Source: a virus
Reading direction: 5' to 3' (one strand)
Virus record (IMG/VR): IMGVR_UViG_3300025009_000017
DNA: 55,350 nucleotides
Positions within the stretch are counted from its first letter, which is position 1, and the number at the start of each line of letters is the position of its first letter. The notes beneath the pieces are model-generated. The model saw only the letters and a program-made list of their open reading frames with translations. It was not told the origin of the DNA and made no database searches. Made by a program: the position numbers and the translations under genes. Shown one piece after another: positions 14,792 to 23,181 of the stretch.

Positions 14792-15517
14792 TTATACTCT
14801 GTTTTCGGTGTCGGAGATCCAGATCTGGTCGAGGTCAAAGTAGACATCAACTCCAGGTAAACCTCCGAATTGCCACGATACTTGTATTGAATTTGTTGGC
14901 CATAAAGCAGATGGAACGAGAACGGATCCAGGAATGCGATGTAAAGAATTTACAATACTTAATGCTGGAGTTAGGCCATTCATCATAAAAGAAATTCTAT
15001 ACCAGGGATCTTCTTGAGGAATCGTAGTGGGCCATATTCTCGTAACCTGACTTCCAACGACACTGATGTCAGAATGAAAACTTGTAGAAGGAGCCCAATA
15101 AAGATCGGCGAAGGTTGTGTTTGCGAATGCCTCTTTCATTTCCCACCGACCTCCACCAAGATCGGTCCAATAAGTAACAGGAAACGTTATTGTAATTGTC
15201 GAAATGATACCAGCAGCTTGAATAGGAGTAAGTGAATAGAGGTTTGATCGAAGAATAAATCCGAAGAAACGTTCAGTCCCAACATTACCTACTGGGAGTA
15301 TACTTCTTCTTGCGGTTTGAATTCCTCCAAGAGCTTGATCATATGTGAATCTTAAACCCTTTCCGTTGTATCCATAAGTATCACCAGCAACAATACTTTG
15401 AAAAGGACTCGCCACAGAGTTGATCCACTTACTATCATCACTCCCATCGTCCAGGAACAGGTACGCCCCCGGCAGCACGCCCTGGAATATATTTACTGGC
15501 AGTCTCTCTCCAGCCAT
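14792..15517 (-). CDS. Hypothetical structural protein with a compositionally distinct (AT-richer) C-terminal two-thirds (241 aa)
   Basis: The ORF is continuous, but about 14860-15420 is visibly AT-richer than its own 5-prime end and the flanking genes. Confidence 0.65.
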   Translation of the reverse strand: MAGERLPVNIFQGVLPGAYLFLDDGSDDSKWINSVASPFQSIVAGDTYGYNGKGLRFTYDQALGGIQTARRSILPVGNVGTERFFGFILRSNLYSLTPIQAAGIISTITITFPVTYWTDLGGGRWEMKEAFANTTFADLYWAPSTSFHSDISVVGSQVTRIWPTTIPQEDPWYRISFMMNGLTPALSIVNSLHRIPGSVLVPSALWPTNSIQVSWQFGGLPGVDVYFDLDQIWISDTENRV

Positions 15518-15572
15518 GATCGTTCTCCTTTTAAGCCGTTATTATAGCTCTTTGATGGTTAATTGTCAATGC

Positions 15573-15902
15573 CTATTGGGTGGCCGGTCCGGTGCCCGAG
15601 AACTTGGCTCCCAGGAACTTCTCAGCCAGGTTGGACCCCATGTAAAGCAGGGTGATCATCACGTAGGATCCCGTCATGTAAACCCAGGCGTCATACAGTA
15701 CCTTGATGGCTCCCAGGGCTTCCGTGACGGCCCGGGCGTTCTCTATGGCTTCGTAGGATTCCCAGGTGGCCATGGAGCAGGTCCGCACGAACACCCCGGT
15801 CACCACGGCGTACAGGCCGGAAAACATGATCCAGGCGATGAACTTTCGGGAGGCCAGACGCTTGCCCTCCCGGGACAGGGCTTCTTTAAATTGGGGGCTC
15901 AT
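15573..15902 (-). CDS. Membrane protein (109 aa, about 3 hydrophobic segments)
   Basis: FIAWIMFSGLYAVVTGVFV and SYVMITLLYMG segments. Confidence 0.65.
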   Translation of the reverse strand: MSPQFKEALSREGKRLASRKFIAWIMFSGLYAVVTGVFVRTCSMATWESYEAIENARAVTEALGAIKVLYDAWVYMTGSYVMITLLYMGSNLAEKFLGAKFSGTGPATQ

Positions 15903-15914
15903 GGGGATCCTTTC

Positions 15915-16664
15915 TTATAGTGGTGGTGAACCATAATCAGGCTGGGTGTCGGAGATCTGGAAGTCGTGGATAACGAAGTAACCTTCCGTCATGTCCTCTC
16001 TGGGGTTGATCCCGAAGACAGGGAGCCAGGTGCCGGACCCGGGGACTATTGCTTCCCACATCGGATAGAGGATCCCGACGATTCTCCCGAGCACCCTGTC
16101 CCAACCCATCACTGCTATGGCTTTGACGTCTGCCGAGTAGTAGAATATGTTGATAAGCAGCTTATTCCTGCGGGCGTCCAGATCGTTGGTGAAGGATAGA
16201 ACATCAAAGAATGGCCCTGTCTGCTGGTCCCGTATCATGCTGAGTCCCGGCCTCAGCGTCATGATGTTCCTGGCGAAGTTGCCTGGTTCCACCGCCATCA
16301 GGAGAGGCCAGATGCCGGCTCCGCCCGGGTTGGTGTTCACGATGGTGTAGTCGAGCAGGCACCAGACATCCCGCCTGCGGGAAGACTTGGCAAAGGAATC
16401 AGGGGTGGCCCATGTCGGTATGTACTCGCCGATCCCGTCGTAGAAGTTCCATGGGGAAGAAACTATCGCATCGTCGCCCTGGACGAACACCGGACTGCCG
16501 TCTGTGTAATTGCCCGGAGGGAGCTTGTTGCTCATGGTCCAGTCCCAGCGCCACTGGGCGAACCCTGCCTCGTCTATGGTCTGTAAAGACCTGTTGCCCC
16601 TGGCCGGCAGGCTTTTATTACCCAGTGCGAAGTATTGCCTGGTCGGGAGCAGCGAGGTCACCAT
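15915..16664 (-). CDS. Hypothetical beta-rich structural protein (249 aa)
   Basis: CAGGAGAATCATC precedes the ATG. Confidence 0.65.
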   Translation of the reverse strand: MVTSLLPTRQYFALGNKSLPARGNRSLQTIDEAGFAQWRWDWTMSNKLPPGNYTDGSPVFVQGDDAIVSSPWNFYDGIGEYIPTWATPDSFAKSSRRRDVWCLLDYTIVNTNPGGAGIWPLLMAVEPGNFARNIMTLRPGLSMIRDQQTGPFFDVLSFTNDLDARRNKLLINIFYYSADVKAIAVMGWDRVLGRIVGILYPMWEAIVPGSGTWLPVFGINPREDMTEGYFVIHDFQISDTQPDYGSPPL

Positions 16665-16788
16665 GATGATTCTCCTGTTTGATCTTGTCCTTATTGTCCG
16701 GGTTGTCGACCCACTGCTTGATCTGTTCCTGGCGGAACTTCAGAAAGTCGGCCGGGGAGAACCCGGGTGCTACCATGAATTCACTCAT
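16618..16788 (-). CDS. Small hypothetical protein (56 aa)
   Basis: ATGA overlap with the M15 peptidase stop. Reads MSEFMVAPGFSPADFLKF... and overlaps the next gene by 47 nt. Confidence 0.4.
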   Translation of the reverse strand: MSEFMVAPGFSPADFLKFRQEQIKQWVDNPDNKDKIKQENHHGDLAAPDQAILRTG

Positions 16789-17345
16789 ACCAGACCTCTT
16801 TTCTCCCGTTGCTTCCTGTTGTAGACTACCAGAGCCAGAGTTCCGGTGAGCAGGAGAGCCGTGATACCTCCCGCGGTGATGCCGGCCTTGCTGGTGGCCG
16901 CTTTGCCCAGGGCTGCACCGGCACCCTTCAGCCATTCCTTCGCCTTGGCCACTGTGAACGAGGGATCCTCTATATGAGGGCTGTCCTTGAACTTCCAGAA
17001 GTAGCCTGAAGTAAGACCCTGTTTCTTCGCCGCCTCAGCCATAGCCTTAAATCCTGCATCGTAATTCCAATCTCCCTTGCCGGTCGCTGGATTGACCGGG
17101 AGAAGGTCCACAGCCAGACCCCAGTTGTGTGCCGACAGTCCAGGTTCAGCCTTGGTGACAATATTTCCTGGGGTGGTTCTTCCCTGTGCATAGAGATCCT
17201 TCTGTTCCTCCATCGTCCGCTTGCCGAAGACCAGGATCGAGTCGTGGGGGACCGATCCGGCAGCAGTCGTGACTTTGGTCCTGAATGCCGGGTCCAGTGC
17301 GTCCCATCCGGCCTGTTTATCTTTTGGTATAGTTAATTTGCCCAT
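16785..17345 (-). CDS. Peptidase M15 family cell-wall hydrolase (VanY / L-Ala-D-Glu peptidase-like) with a C-terminal transmembrane anchor (186 aa)
   Basis: SAHNWGLAVD (H-x6-D) and DSPHIE metal-ligand motifs. The C-terminus GITAGGITALLLTGTLALVVY is hydrophobic. The track ORF 16785..17588 is an N-terminal extension. Confidence 0.75.
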   Translation of the reverse strand: MGKLTIPKDKQAGWDALDPAFRTKVTTAAGSVPHDSILVFGKRTMEEQKDLYAQGRTTPGNIVTKAEPGLSAHNWGLAVDLLPVNPATGKGDWNYDAGFKAMAEAAKKQGLTSGYFWKFKDSPHIEDPSFTVAKAKEWLKGAGAALGKAATSKAGITAGGITALLLTGTLALVVYNRKQREKRGLV

Positions 17346-17347
17346 TA

Positions 17348-18511
17348 TTACCTGAAGTGAATAATTCCTATGGCCAGGTCGTCCGTGGCCGGAGAGGTGT
17401 TCTGTCCTATGATGCCATCGGATATCGGGTGGCCCACTTCCCGGTCGTGAACGGGAACGCCCACCAGGGTGTAGCAGTCGGCCAGGGCGTTCGTGGCGGC
17501 TGAAAGAGCAAGCACCCGGTCGCCGTTTATCACTGTTGCAGTCGGGGCGTCGATCACGGCCACATACCCGCACCCGCTGACCGTGCACCAGTACCAGTCC
17601 TGGCTGGCTACCGAGACGTCAAAGACAGTTCCTATGGGCATAAGGTCGCCGGCAGTGGCGTAGGTGGTTTTCTTATAGGACCCGGTGGATCCCTCAACGA
17701 TCCATCCGCGATACATGGTAACACCGGAGCCATTGTAAAGGCGGACGTCAACACCGCCGAGAGAATTCAGGCGGACGGAGTCGGTGGAAATCTGTTGGGT
17801 GGCTTTAAGTGAGTCGCCTTTATACATTTTCGAGCCACCATTTGACAGCCATCCACAAGTAGTAGTGCCCGTAACGCTTCCAAGTGTCCATCCGGTTCCG
17901 GTGGTAGATGAAGTAAATCCTATTTGGCTTAACGTTGCATTGTTCGTGTAAGAGCTGCTTCCAACCCGAATATTTCCCATTATTGCCAATATCGAGGCAC
18001 CAGCATCGTAAATACTCCGAGTACCGAACACAACTGGCTCAGTAGCTGTCGCTGCAAAGGTGTCCGGCCCTGCAGTCGTGGTGATCCGGGCTGGCCGGAG
18101 GATATTGCTGAAAGTCGGGGCGGCAGCCACGCCGTTTCCCTGAAGGTAGTAGTAGGCGGCCGGGAGCGCCAACTCCTGCATCACGCCAGATCCATTGGTG
18201 TAAAAGGTCTTCCAGTTCCCGCCTGTCAGCCAGGTGGAGGGCACTGTGCCACTCCAGGCAGTCCAGGCTGTTCCGTTCCAGTAGGCCATCCGGCTCACCT
18301 CACCCTTGCCCACTGAGAGCTGGGTGACCAGGCCATACCCGGCCAGTGTCCAGGGCTTCCAGGTCAGGCTGGCCACTTCCCACACCGCCATCTTGCCGAC
18401 ATTGCCCTTGCCCACGTCCAGGGGACCGCCGTGTACTATCTTGGCCAGACCGCCCAGGGCCATCAGCACCAGGATGGTGCTTATGATCGCTTTCCATTTG
18501 TCAGATATCAT
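17348..18511 (-). CDS. N-terminally membrane-anchored beta-rich protein, possible spike or receptor-binding protein (387 aa)
   Basis: Begins MISDKWKAIISTILVLMALGGLAKI. Followed by a Gly/Thr/Ser/Trp-rich body whose central part (about 17700-18060) is AT-richer. Confidence 0.6.
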   Translation of the reverse strand: MISDKWKAIISTILVLMALGGLAKIVHGGPLDVGKGNVGKMAVWEVASLTWKPWTLAGYGLVTQLSVGKGEVSRMAYWNGTAWTAWSGTVPSTWLTGGNWKTFYTNGSGVMQELALPAAYYYLQGNGVAAAPTFSNILRPARITTTAGPDTFAATATEPVVFGTRSIYDAGASILAIMGNIRVGSSSYTNNATLSQIGFTSSTTGTGWTLGSVTGTTTCGWLSNGGSKMYKGDSLKATQQISTDSVRLNSLGGVDVRLYNGSGVTMYRGWIVEGSTGSYKKTTYATAGDLMPIGTVFDVSVASQDWYWCTVSGCGYVAVIDAPTATVINGDRVLALSAATNALADCYTLVGVPVHDREVGHPISDGIIGQNTSPATDDLAIGIIHFR

Positions 18512-18597
18512 TTTCTTCTCCCAAAGCGGCCAGCAGGGGCTTACCAGGAAAAAGGGGTGAAGCCAAAAACCCGGCAGAGGCCCCACGCTGGCGAAGG

Positions 18598-19071
18598 TTA
18601 AAACATTATTATTATCGTTATCACGGCCACCACCGCCAGTAGTGATTCCCAGAGGGCGGTCTCGTAGAGGTTCAGCATCCGTGGCTCCCAGTGGTTCAGC
18701 CACACGGCCGGGATGTAAAACGGCGACCCGGGGTGGCAGGGGAAGATTGGAAGACCAAATATTGCCTTTATCACGTCGTCCACGTCCATCGCTATGCCTA
18801 TCAAACCAAACCACATCTGCTGGTAGGCTCCCAGTTCCGTGAAGGCAGAGTAGTACAGGAACATGGCGGGTATAAGCATCAGGAACAGTTTCAGTTTCTT
18901 GAGGATCTGGCTGGTCCGGGTGTTGCCCCAGTCGTAGAACTCATTGAACAGCAGGTCGGCCGGGATATGCGTCAGGAAAGCAGCGATGGCGCCGGCCACA
19001 GGAGATCCAGATATTTTCCAGGCCACAGTCCCCGCTGTCATGCTTGTTGCGAAGTGGCCTATCGGCGTCAT
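18598..19071 (-). CDS. Multi-pass membrane protein (157 aa)
   Basis: Four to five hydrophobic segments. His/Asp residues near the N-terminus (IGH..., THIPAD) faintly resemble membrane-bound hydrolases of the YdjM type. This is a weak resemblance. Confidence 0.6.
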   Translation of the reverse strand: MTPIGHFATSMTAGTVAWKISGSPVAGAIAAFLTHIPADLLFNEFYDWGNTRTSQILKKLKLFLMLIPAMFLYYSAFTELGAYQQMWFGLIGIAMDVDDVIKAIFGLPIFPCHPGSPFYIPAVWLNHWEPRMLNLYETALWESLLAVVAVITIIIMF

Positions 19072-19427
19072 TTGAATATTCCTATTAAGATTGCGGTTAT
19101 GGTTGAGATGGCCAGACCGCCGGAGGTGTATTTCCAGAAGCTGATCTTGGACTCGGCTTTGCGGGTGAGGGTCTTCTGGTCGTTGATGCTCCGCACCTGC
19201 AGCGCTATGATGCTGTCCCGCTGTTCCACTGCCATCTGTCTATTATAAACTTCCCGTTCCGACACAGTCAGAAGGGAGTCTTGGAAGGCATAACCAGCCC
19301 GAACGTAGTCGAGTGAATCAAGTTTGGCGATAAGTATTCGCGCCTGTGGCGCGTTTAACAATATCTGACTTTGAGCCAACGTCCACTGACATACGATAAG
19401 GGCCAGTATAAAGTAAATTCTTTTCAT
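19068..19427 (-). CDS. Protein with an N-terminal signal-like segment and a C-terminal TM segment (119 aa); possible unimolecular spanin-like protein
   Basis: MKRIYFILALIVCQWTLAQ is a signal with a poor lipobox. GGLAISTITAILIGIF lies at the C-terminus. Confidence 0.55.
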   Translation of the reverse strand: MKRIYFILALIVCQWTLAQSQILLNAPQARILIAKLDSLDYVRAGYAFQDSLLTVSEREVYNRQMAVEQRDSIIALQVRSINDQKTLTRKAESKISFWKYTSGGLAISTITAILIGIFK

Positions 19428-19594
19428 TTCCAATTCAGCATTTGCCCGCAGCCGGGGCATGATTTGATTCCGTTGATGACATGGGCTCCGCACACCGGAC
19501 ACCGGAAGTTGAAGCTTTTGCTGTCGTCCGTCTGGCCCACCTGGGATTCCATCAGGGGGGGCTCGCCCTGTTCGGTCAGAACTCTGAAAGACAT
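19424..19594 (-). CDS. Small zinc-ribbon protein (56 aa, below the track cutoff)
   Basis: MSFRVLTEQGE...CPVCG...CPGCGQ. ATGA overlap with the next gene, and GGAG lies 8 nt upstream. Confidence 0.5.
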   Translation of the reverse strand: MSFRVLTEQGEPPLMESQVGQTDDSKSFNFRCPVCGAHVINGIKSCPGCGQMLNWK

Positions 19595-19598
19595 GGTT

Positions 19599-20438
19599 CT
19601 ACTCCATTATATCGTTTGGCATGATGTCGTCGGTGAAGCCGGAGACAGATGCCTTGGTGGGTGACGATTTGGCAGGAACCGGGTGAAGGATGGTGAGCAC
19701 CACGCCGTGCTTGGTTTCCACGATGTAGTCCCCGCTGGACAGTTCCAGCACTTCCACGATGGGGTCTTCCAGCAGGTTGATCTCGGCCACCGGGATCAGG
19801 GTATCCTTGCCCTGCCGGGAGAAGACCTTGAAGAAGTTGTCGTCGGTGATCTTGGCGTGGGGAGCGCTGACGGAGAAGGGCCGGCCACCGGCGAACTGCA
19901 GCAGCACTTCCTGCTCCATGCTCAGGTCCTCATTGATATCTTCCAGCTTCTGATACAGATCCTGCATGGTCTGTGCCTCCGCTATGTTTGACTGCACGGC
20001 GCTTTCTACCGGCTTGCCCAGCAGGCCCTTCTCGGCCATCCACTTCAGGTGGTCCTTGTCGTTTGAAACGGCCGTGCCCACCTGCTTCTTTACCCGGGGC
20101 TTCCTGGGCTTTGATACCGCCGTGCCCACTCCGGGAGCCACAATGAAGGTTTTGGAATTGCGAAGGATCGACAGCGGGCCGGCGAAGGTCTTGGAGAACA
20201 CCTTGCCGTAATCCAGATCGTTACCCGGCCAGTCGGGTTTGAACCTCCAGTAGATGCCCTCCAGCATTTGCTTCAGGGCTGAGTTGGAGATGGAGTTCTC
20301 GGATGTGCCGGTGCGCTTCAGAGTGTCCCGGTAGACCTGGTCCATCTTCAGCATCAGGGCTTTCTGGTTCTTGTCCTGTTTTGGTTCCTCAACGCCCACC
20401 AGAGCATCCAGGGCCGAAAGGTCTTTTAACTTAGTCAT
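19599..20438 (-). CDS. Hypothetical protein (279 aa)
   Basis: Internal short duplication VGTAVS x2. No motif recognised. Confidence 0.65.
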   Translation of the reverse strand: MTKLKDLSALDALVGVEEPKQDKNQKALMLKMDQVYRDTLKRTGTSENSISNSALKQMLEGIYWRFKPDWPGNDLDYGKVFSKTFAGPLSILRNSKTFIVAPGVGTAVSKPRKPRVKKQVGTAVSNDKDHLKWMAEKGLLGKPVESAVQSNIAEAQTMQDLYQKLEDINEDLSMEQEVLLQFAGGRPFSVSAPHAKITDDNFFKVFSRQGKDTLIPVAEINLLEDPIVEVLELSSGDYIVETKHGVVLTILHPVPAKSSPTKASVSGFTDDIMPNDIME

Positions 20439-20766
20439 CGTTCTTCCCCTCTATTTTATTGATGAGTATTCTCTGGAGCTCGGCATCCTTCAGCGTGTCG
20501 GTCACTGTCCATTTGAACTTGTAGTTGGCCCACTTGTTTACCAGGAGCAGGTGTTTGGCCTGAAGGTCGGAAAAGGCCGAGTCCAGTTCCCGAACCTGCC
20601 ACTTGGCGTTGGCCAGCAGGATCGAGTCGGCTTCCAGTTCTGACTGGTGCAACAGGTCGTTGTTGTGGATCACCCTCTGCTGAGCCTTGATAACTATGGC
20701 TGATACCCAGATACAAAGAGCCAGTGCAATGGACAGGCCGATGATTATTTTGGTGCTGGTCTTCAC
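20431..20766 (-). CDS. Type-II membrane protein with a coiled-coil-like ectodomain (111 aa)
   Basis: N-terminal IIIGLSIALALCIWVSAIVI, then a heptad-like region. The topology resembles an i-spanin, but no partner lipoprotein is seen. Confidence 0.55.
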   Translation of the reverse strand: MKTSTKIIIGLSIALALCIWVSAIVIKAQQRVIHNNDLLHQSELEADSILLANAKWQVRELDSAFSDLQAKHLLLVNKWANYKFKWTVTDTLKDAELQRILINKIEGKNDD

Positions 20767-21365
20767 GACCGGGCCTCCTGCTCCATCCTGGCCAGCCGGT
20801 CGTAGTAGTCGGGGATCGAAGCGAGATGGTCCTTAGCAATGGCTTCAACTGCCTGATTTATAGTTAAGTCCTGAGCATAAAGTCTACTCAGCGTTTTGTA
20901 ATGCTCCTTCTCGTGCTCGATACCCTTGGTCAGCTGGTCGGAAGGTTCAACATCCTTTGGAAAGATGTGCCAACCGCCCACCTGTGCGTCTATCGCCCTG
21001 ATCCTGCCGCCGGCCTGCTTGTAGTGATGGGTCACCAGTGACCAGTAGGCCGGGTGGTCGGCATCGCGGTCCTTCAGTGCGGCCTTCCGAGCCTGGGCCC
21101 ACTTGTCGGGGTCCTGTACCCAGTCCTGACCGCCCACCTGGGCCTGCGTTCCGGCGAATCCTTTGAACTTCCTGACGATGGCCTTCCAGTTGGCCATATC
21201 GTATTTATCCCACTTGGCTATGGGCTTGGTCATCAGGTAGTGGCCTTCGTTTGACATCTTCCTGAGCACCATCTCCACCCGTTTGTGCGAAGGCTTGAAG
21301 CTGGGAGCTTTCACCGGAGCGCCGATGGCGGCGATGGCTTTGATTTCACGTTTGGAAAGGCTCAT
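20763..21365 (-). CDS. Hypothetical protein (200 aa), partial paralog of 21362..21979
   Basis: N-terminus MSLSKREIKAI compares with MKLSKHDIKAI. The two also share a W..(V/I)T..YKQxGGRI block. Confidence 0.65.
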   Translation of the reverse strand: MSLSKREIKAIAAIGAPVKAPSFKPSHKRVEMVLRKMSNEGHYLMTKPIAKWDKYDMANWKAIVRKFKGFAGTQAQVGGQDWVQDPDKWAQARKAALKDRDADHPAYWSLVTHHYKQAGGRIRAIDAQVGGWHIFPKDVEPSDQLTKGIEHEKEHYKTLSRLYAQDLTINQAVEAIAKDHLASIPDYYDRLARMEQEARS

Positions 21366-21979
21366 TGATCTACTCCTGCTGTTTTCATTCTGTTCCGGTA
21401 GTTCTGCTGTTTACGCTTCTGCAGAACCTGGTTGGCAAAGTCCTGCTTTTTGAAAATCCTTCCGCCCATTTGCTTGTAGAGGTTGGTGATCACACCCCAG
21501 GGAGCGCCGGGAGCCTTGGCCTTGGCAGCCATCCAGATGTCGTGGTCTGCCACCCAGGATGGGTTGGAGTTGACCTCAGACAGGATTGGACATTTACCCT
21601 TTGGCATACCGGCCGGAGTGTAACCATCGTCGATCACCTTTGGCGGGACCGGGATGCCCAGCTTTACAAGGGTCTGTTCTGTCACAGTTGACCTGTACTG
21701 GGGCAGGTTTTTATCCAGCACGTTAAAGAGGGCGATCCTGTTCCCGTCTCCGGTCTCCTGGAATCCGATGAACTTGGCCCGGGGTTCGCCTGCGCCGATC
21801 TCATACTGACGTCCCGGCCGCTTCAGGTTTGACTTGGCCTGCAGCTCCTTGTAAAGCTGATAGGCAGACTCAAACAACCGGTCCTTCTTCTCTTTGGTCA
21901 TGTGCTTGGCTGGCTTCTTCAGCTGGTCCTTGCCCACCAGTGAGCCGATGGCTTTTATGTCGTGCTTGGAGAGTTTCAT
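21362..21979 (-). CDS. Hypothetical protein (205 aa), partial paralog of 20763..21365
   Basis: See the paralog entry. ATGA-type overlap with the neighbouring gene. Confidence 0.65.
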   Translation of the reverse strand: MKLSKHDIKAIGSLVGKDQLKKPAKHMTKEKKDRLFESAYQLYKELQAKSNLKRPGRQYEIGAGEPRAKFIGFQETGDGNRIALFNVLDKNLPQYRSTVTEQTLVKLGIPVPPKVIDDGYTPAGMPKGKCPILSEVNSNPSWVADHDIWMAAKAKAPGAPWGVITNLYKQMGGRIFKKQDFANQVLQKRKQQNYRNRMKTAGVDQ

Positions 21980-22183
21980 TTATTCCTCGGTAAGATTCAG
22001 GTCCCAGACGATCTGCTGGCCGTTCTCGCGCACCAGCACTCCGCCGTTCTCGCCATCACGGATTGACTGAGCTATCTCCATGCGCTCGTCGTCGCTAATG
22101 CCTATTTCAAGGTCCTCCTCGCCCACCAGAGCCTGAAGCTCGTCTATCTCAGCCTGGATGTCTTCCATATCGTCCTGCGGCAT
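21980..22183 (-). CDS. Small acidic protein (67 aa)
   Basis: Minus-strand ORF, strongly acidic. Confidence 0.55.
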   Translation of the reverse strand: MPQDDMEDIQAEIDELQALVGEEDLEIGISDDERMEIAQSIRDGENGGVLVRENGQQIVWDLNLTEE

Positions 22184-22193
22184 AGGGTCTCCT

Positions 22194-22874
22194 TTACCAG
22201 TATTTGGTGACTGTTTTGTAAGCGTCTTCCAGCTTCTTCGTGTAGGCTGTGTCGGTGGCGTATTTGACCTTGCCGGAGATTAAGGTATCTGCAAAGGCTC
22301 CGGGAGTGGTGGCCTTGACTGCATTAGGCCACTTGGCCAGGATGATCTTCATGTGGCTGTCCAGGGCGTGCTCCAGGCTGTCATAGACCCTGAACGGCCG
22401 GACTGTCTTCTGCGGCCCGTTCTTGGTGTCCTCCCAGGTGTTCTCAAAGCTGTATCTCCCGGGCCATGAGGCCGTAGCGACGTGTCCGAAGATGTTGGTC
22501 CCGCCTATGGCTGACTTACCCCAGCCGCCCTCGTGCCCAGCCTGGGCCACTATGATCTTGGGATCTGTCATCCCGTATTTCTTGGCGATGTTGATGGCCG
22601 GCTGGCGCATCAGGTTCACGAACTGCTCCGGTCCGTCGGAGATCTTCTTGACGCTGTTCACCATTGCGGTGTCGGGGTTGAAACTGAAAAACCCTTCCAC
22701 TCCCCAAAGCTGATTCAACGGGATCGTGTCCAATCTCGTCTTAGTCTCAGGGTTGGTGATGGAAGGGTAAATCTTTGCCAGGGCCGCAGGCTTGGCTTCT
22801 AACGGAGCGGAGGCGAAGGTCAGTTTCCCATACTTGCTTAACAGATCCTTTATTTTCATTTTGTCTACAAGCAT
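22194..22874 (-). CDS. Glucosaminidase-family peptidoglycan hydrolase (226 aa from ATG 22874). An in-frame TM-like segment lies immediately upstream.
   Basis: IIVAQAGHEGGWGKSAIGGTNIFG matches the mannosyl-glycoprotein endo-beta-N-acetylglucosaminidase motif. The ATG at 22874 follows GAGCGGAGCTAAA. The same frame is open upstream and encodes KIALLIGGVIVLGVVLA. Confidence 0.7.
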   Translation of the reverse strand: MLVDKMKIKDLLSKYGKLTFASAPLEAKPAALAKIYPSITNPETKTRLDTIPLNQLWGVEGFFSFNPDTAMVNSVKKISDGPEQFVNLMRQPAINIAKKYGMTDPKIIVAQAGHEGGWGKSAIGGTNIFGHVATASWPGRYSFENTWEDTKNGPQKTVRPFRVYDSLEHALDSHMKIILAKWPNAVKATTPGAFADTLISGKVKYATDTAYTKKLEDAYKTVTKYW

Positions 22875-22936
22875 TTTAGCTCCGCTCGTTATTGGCTTTC
22901 TGGCCAGTACCACACCCAGGACTATGACGCCCCCTA

Positions 22937-23176
22937 TTAAGAGGGCAATTTTCCAGCCTTGCCCGGGTTGCTGGCTATGGCTGCCACCAGCGCCGATATC
23001 AGCTCCTTGACTCCGAGGAACAGAACGTACAGGATGAAAAGCAGGCCAATTACTCCGCAGACCATCCCGGTCAGGAACGCCATCAGCATGACGGGCTTTT
23101 TTTGAAGTGTTTCTGCCATGCGGCATATAGCACCCTCCAATCCTTCTTTAGTTCGGTCGTTGTGAGGTGTCATCAT
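22937..23176 (-). CDS. Small membrane protein (60-79 aa depending on start)
   Basis: Hydrophobic core MLMAFLTGMVCGVIGLLFILYVLFLGV. By hand count, GC at third codon positions is about two-thirds in this frame versus about 40 percent in the overlapping frame of track ORF 22194..23126. Confidence 0.6.
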   Translation of the reverse strand: MMTPHNDRTKEGLEGAICRMAETLQKKPVMLMAFLTGMVCGVIGLLFILYVLFLGVKELISALVAAIASNPGKAGKLPS

Positions 23177-23181
23177 GCCTC

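Noticed and set aside
17348-18814. Extended N-termini of several track ORFs (17348..18814, 16785..17588, 45437..46558, 50271..50789, 38803..39342, 36570..37178, 41731..42666, 3514..3993)
   Set aside because: The extensions overlap the preceding genes, are Arg/Gly/Pro/His-rich, and bypass internal ATG or GTG codons that have clear SD sequences or ATGA/TAATG coupling to the upstream stop.
22937-23126. N-terminal 58 residues of track ORF 22194..23126 (MPHGRNTSKKARH...) as the true start of the glucosaminidase, despite a well-spaced GGAGGG before ATG 23126
   Set aside because: By hand count, third-position GC in this frame is about 38 percent against about 68 percent for the overlapping small membrane-protein frame. 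The residues are Arg/Pro/Ser/His-rich and unlike the other proteins here. It is kept only as part of the frameshift hypothesis.
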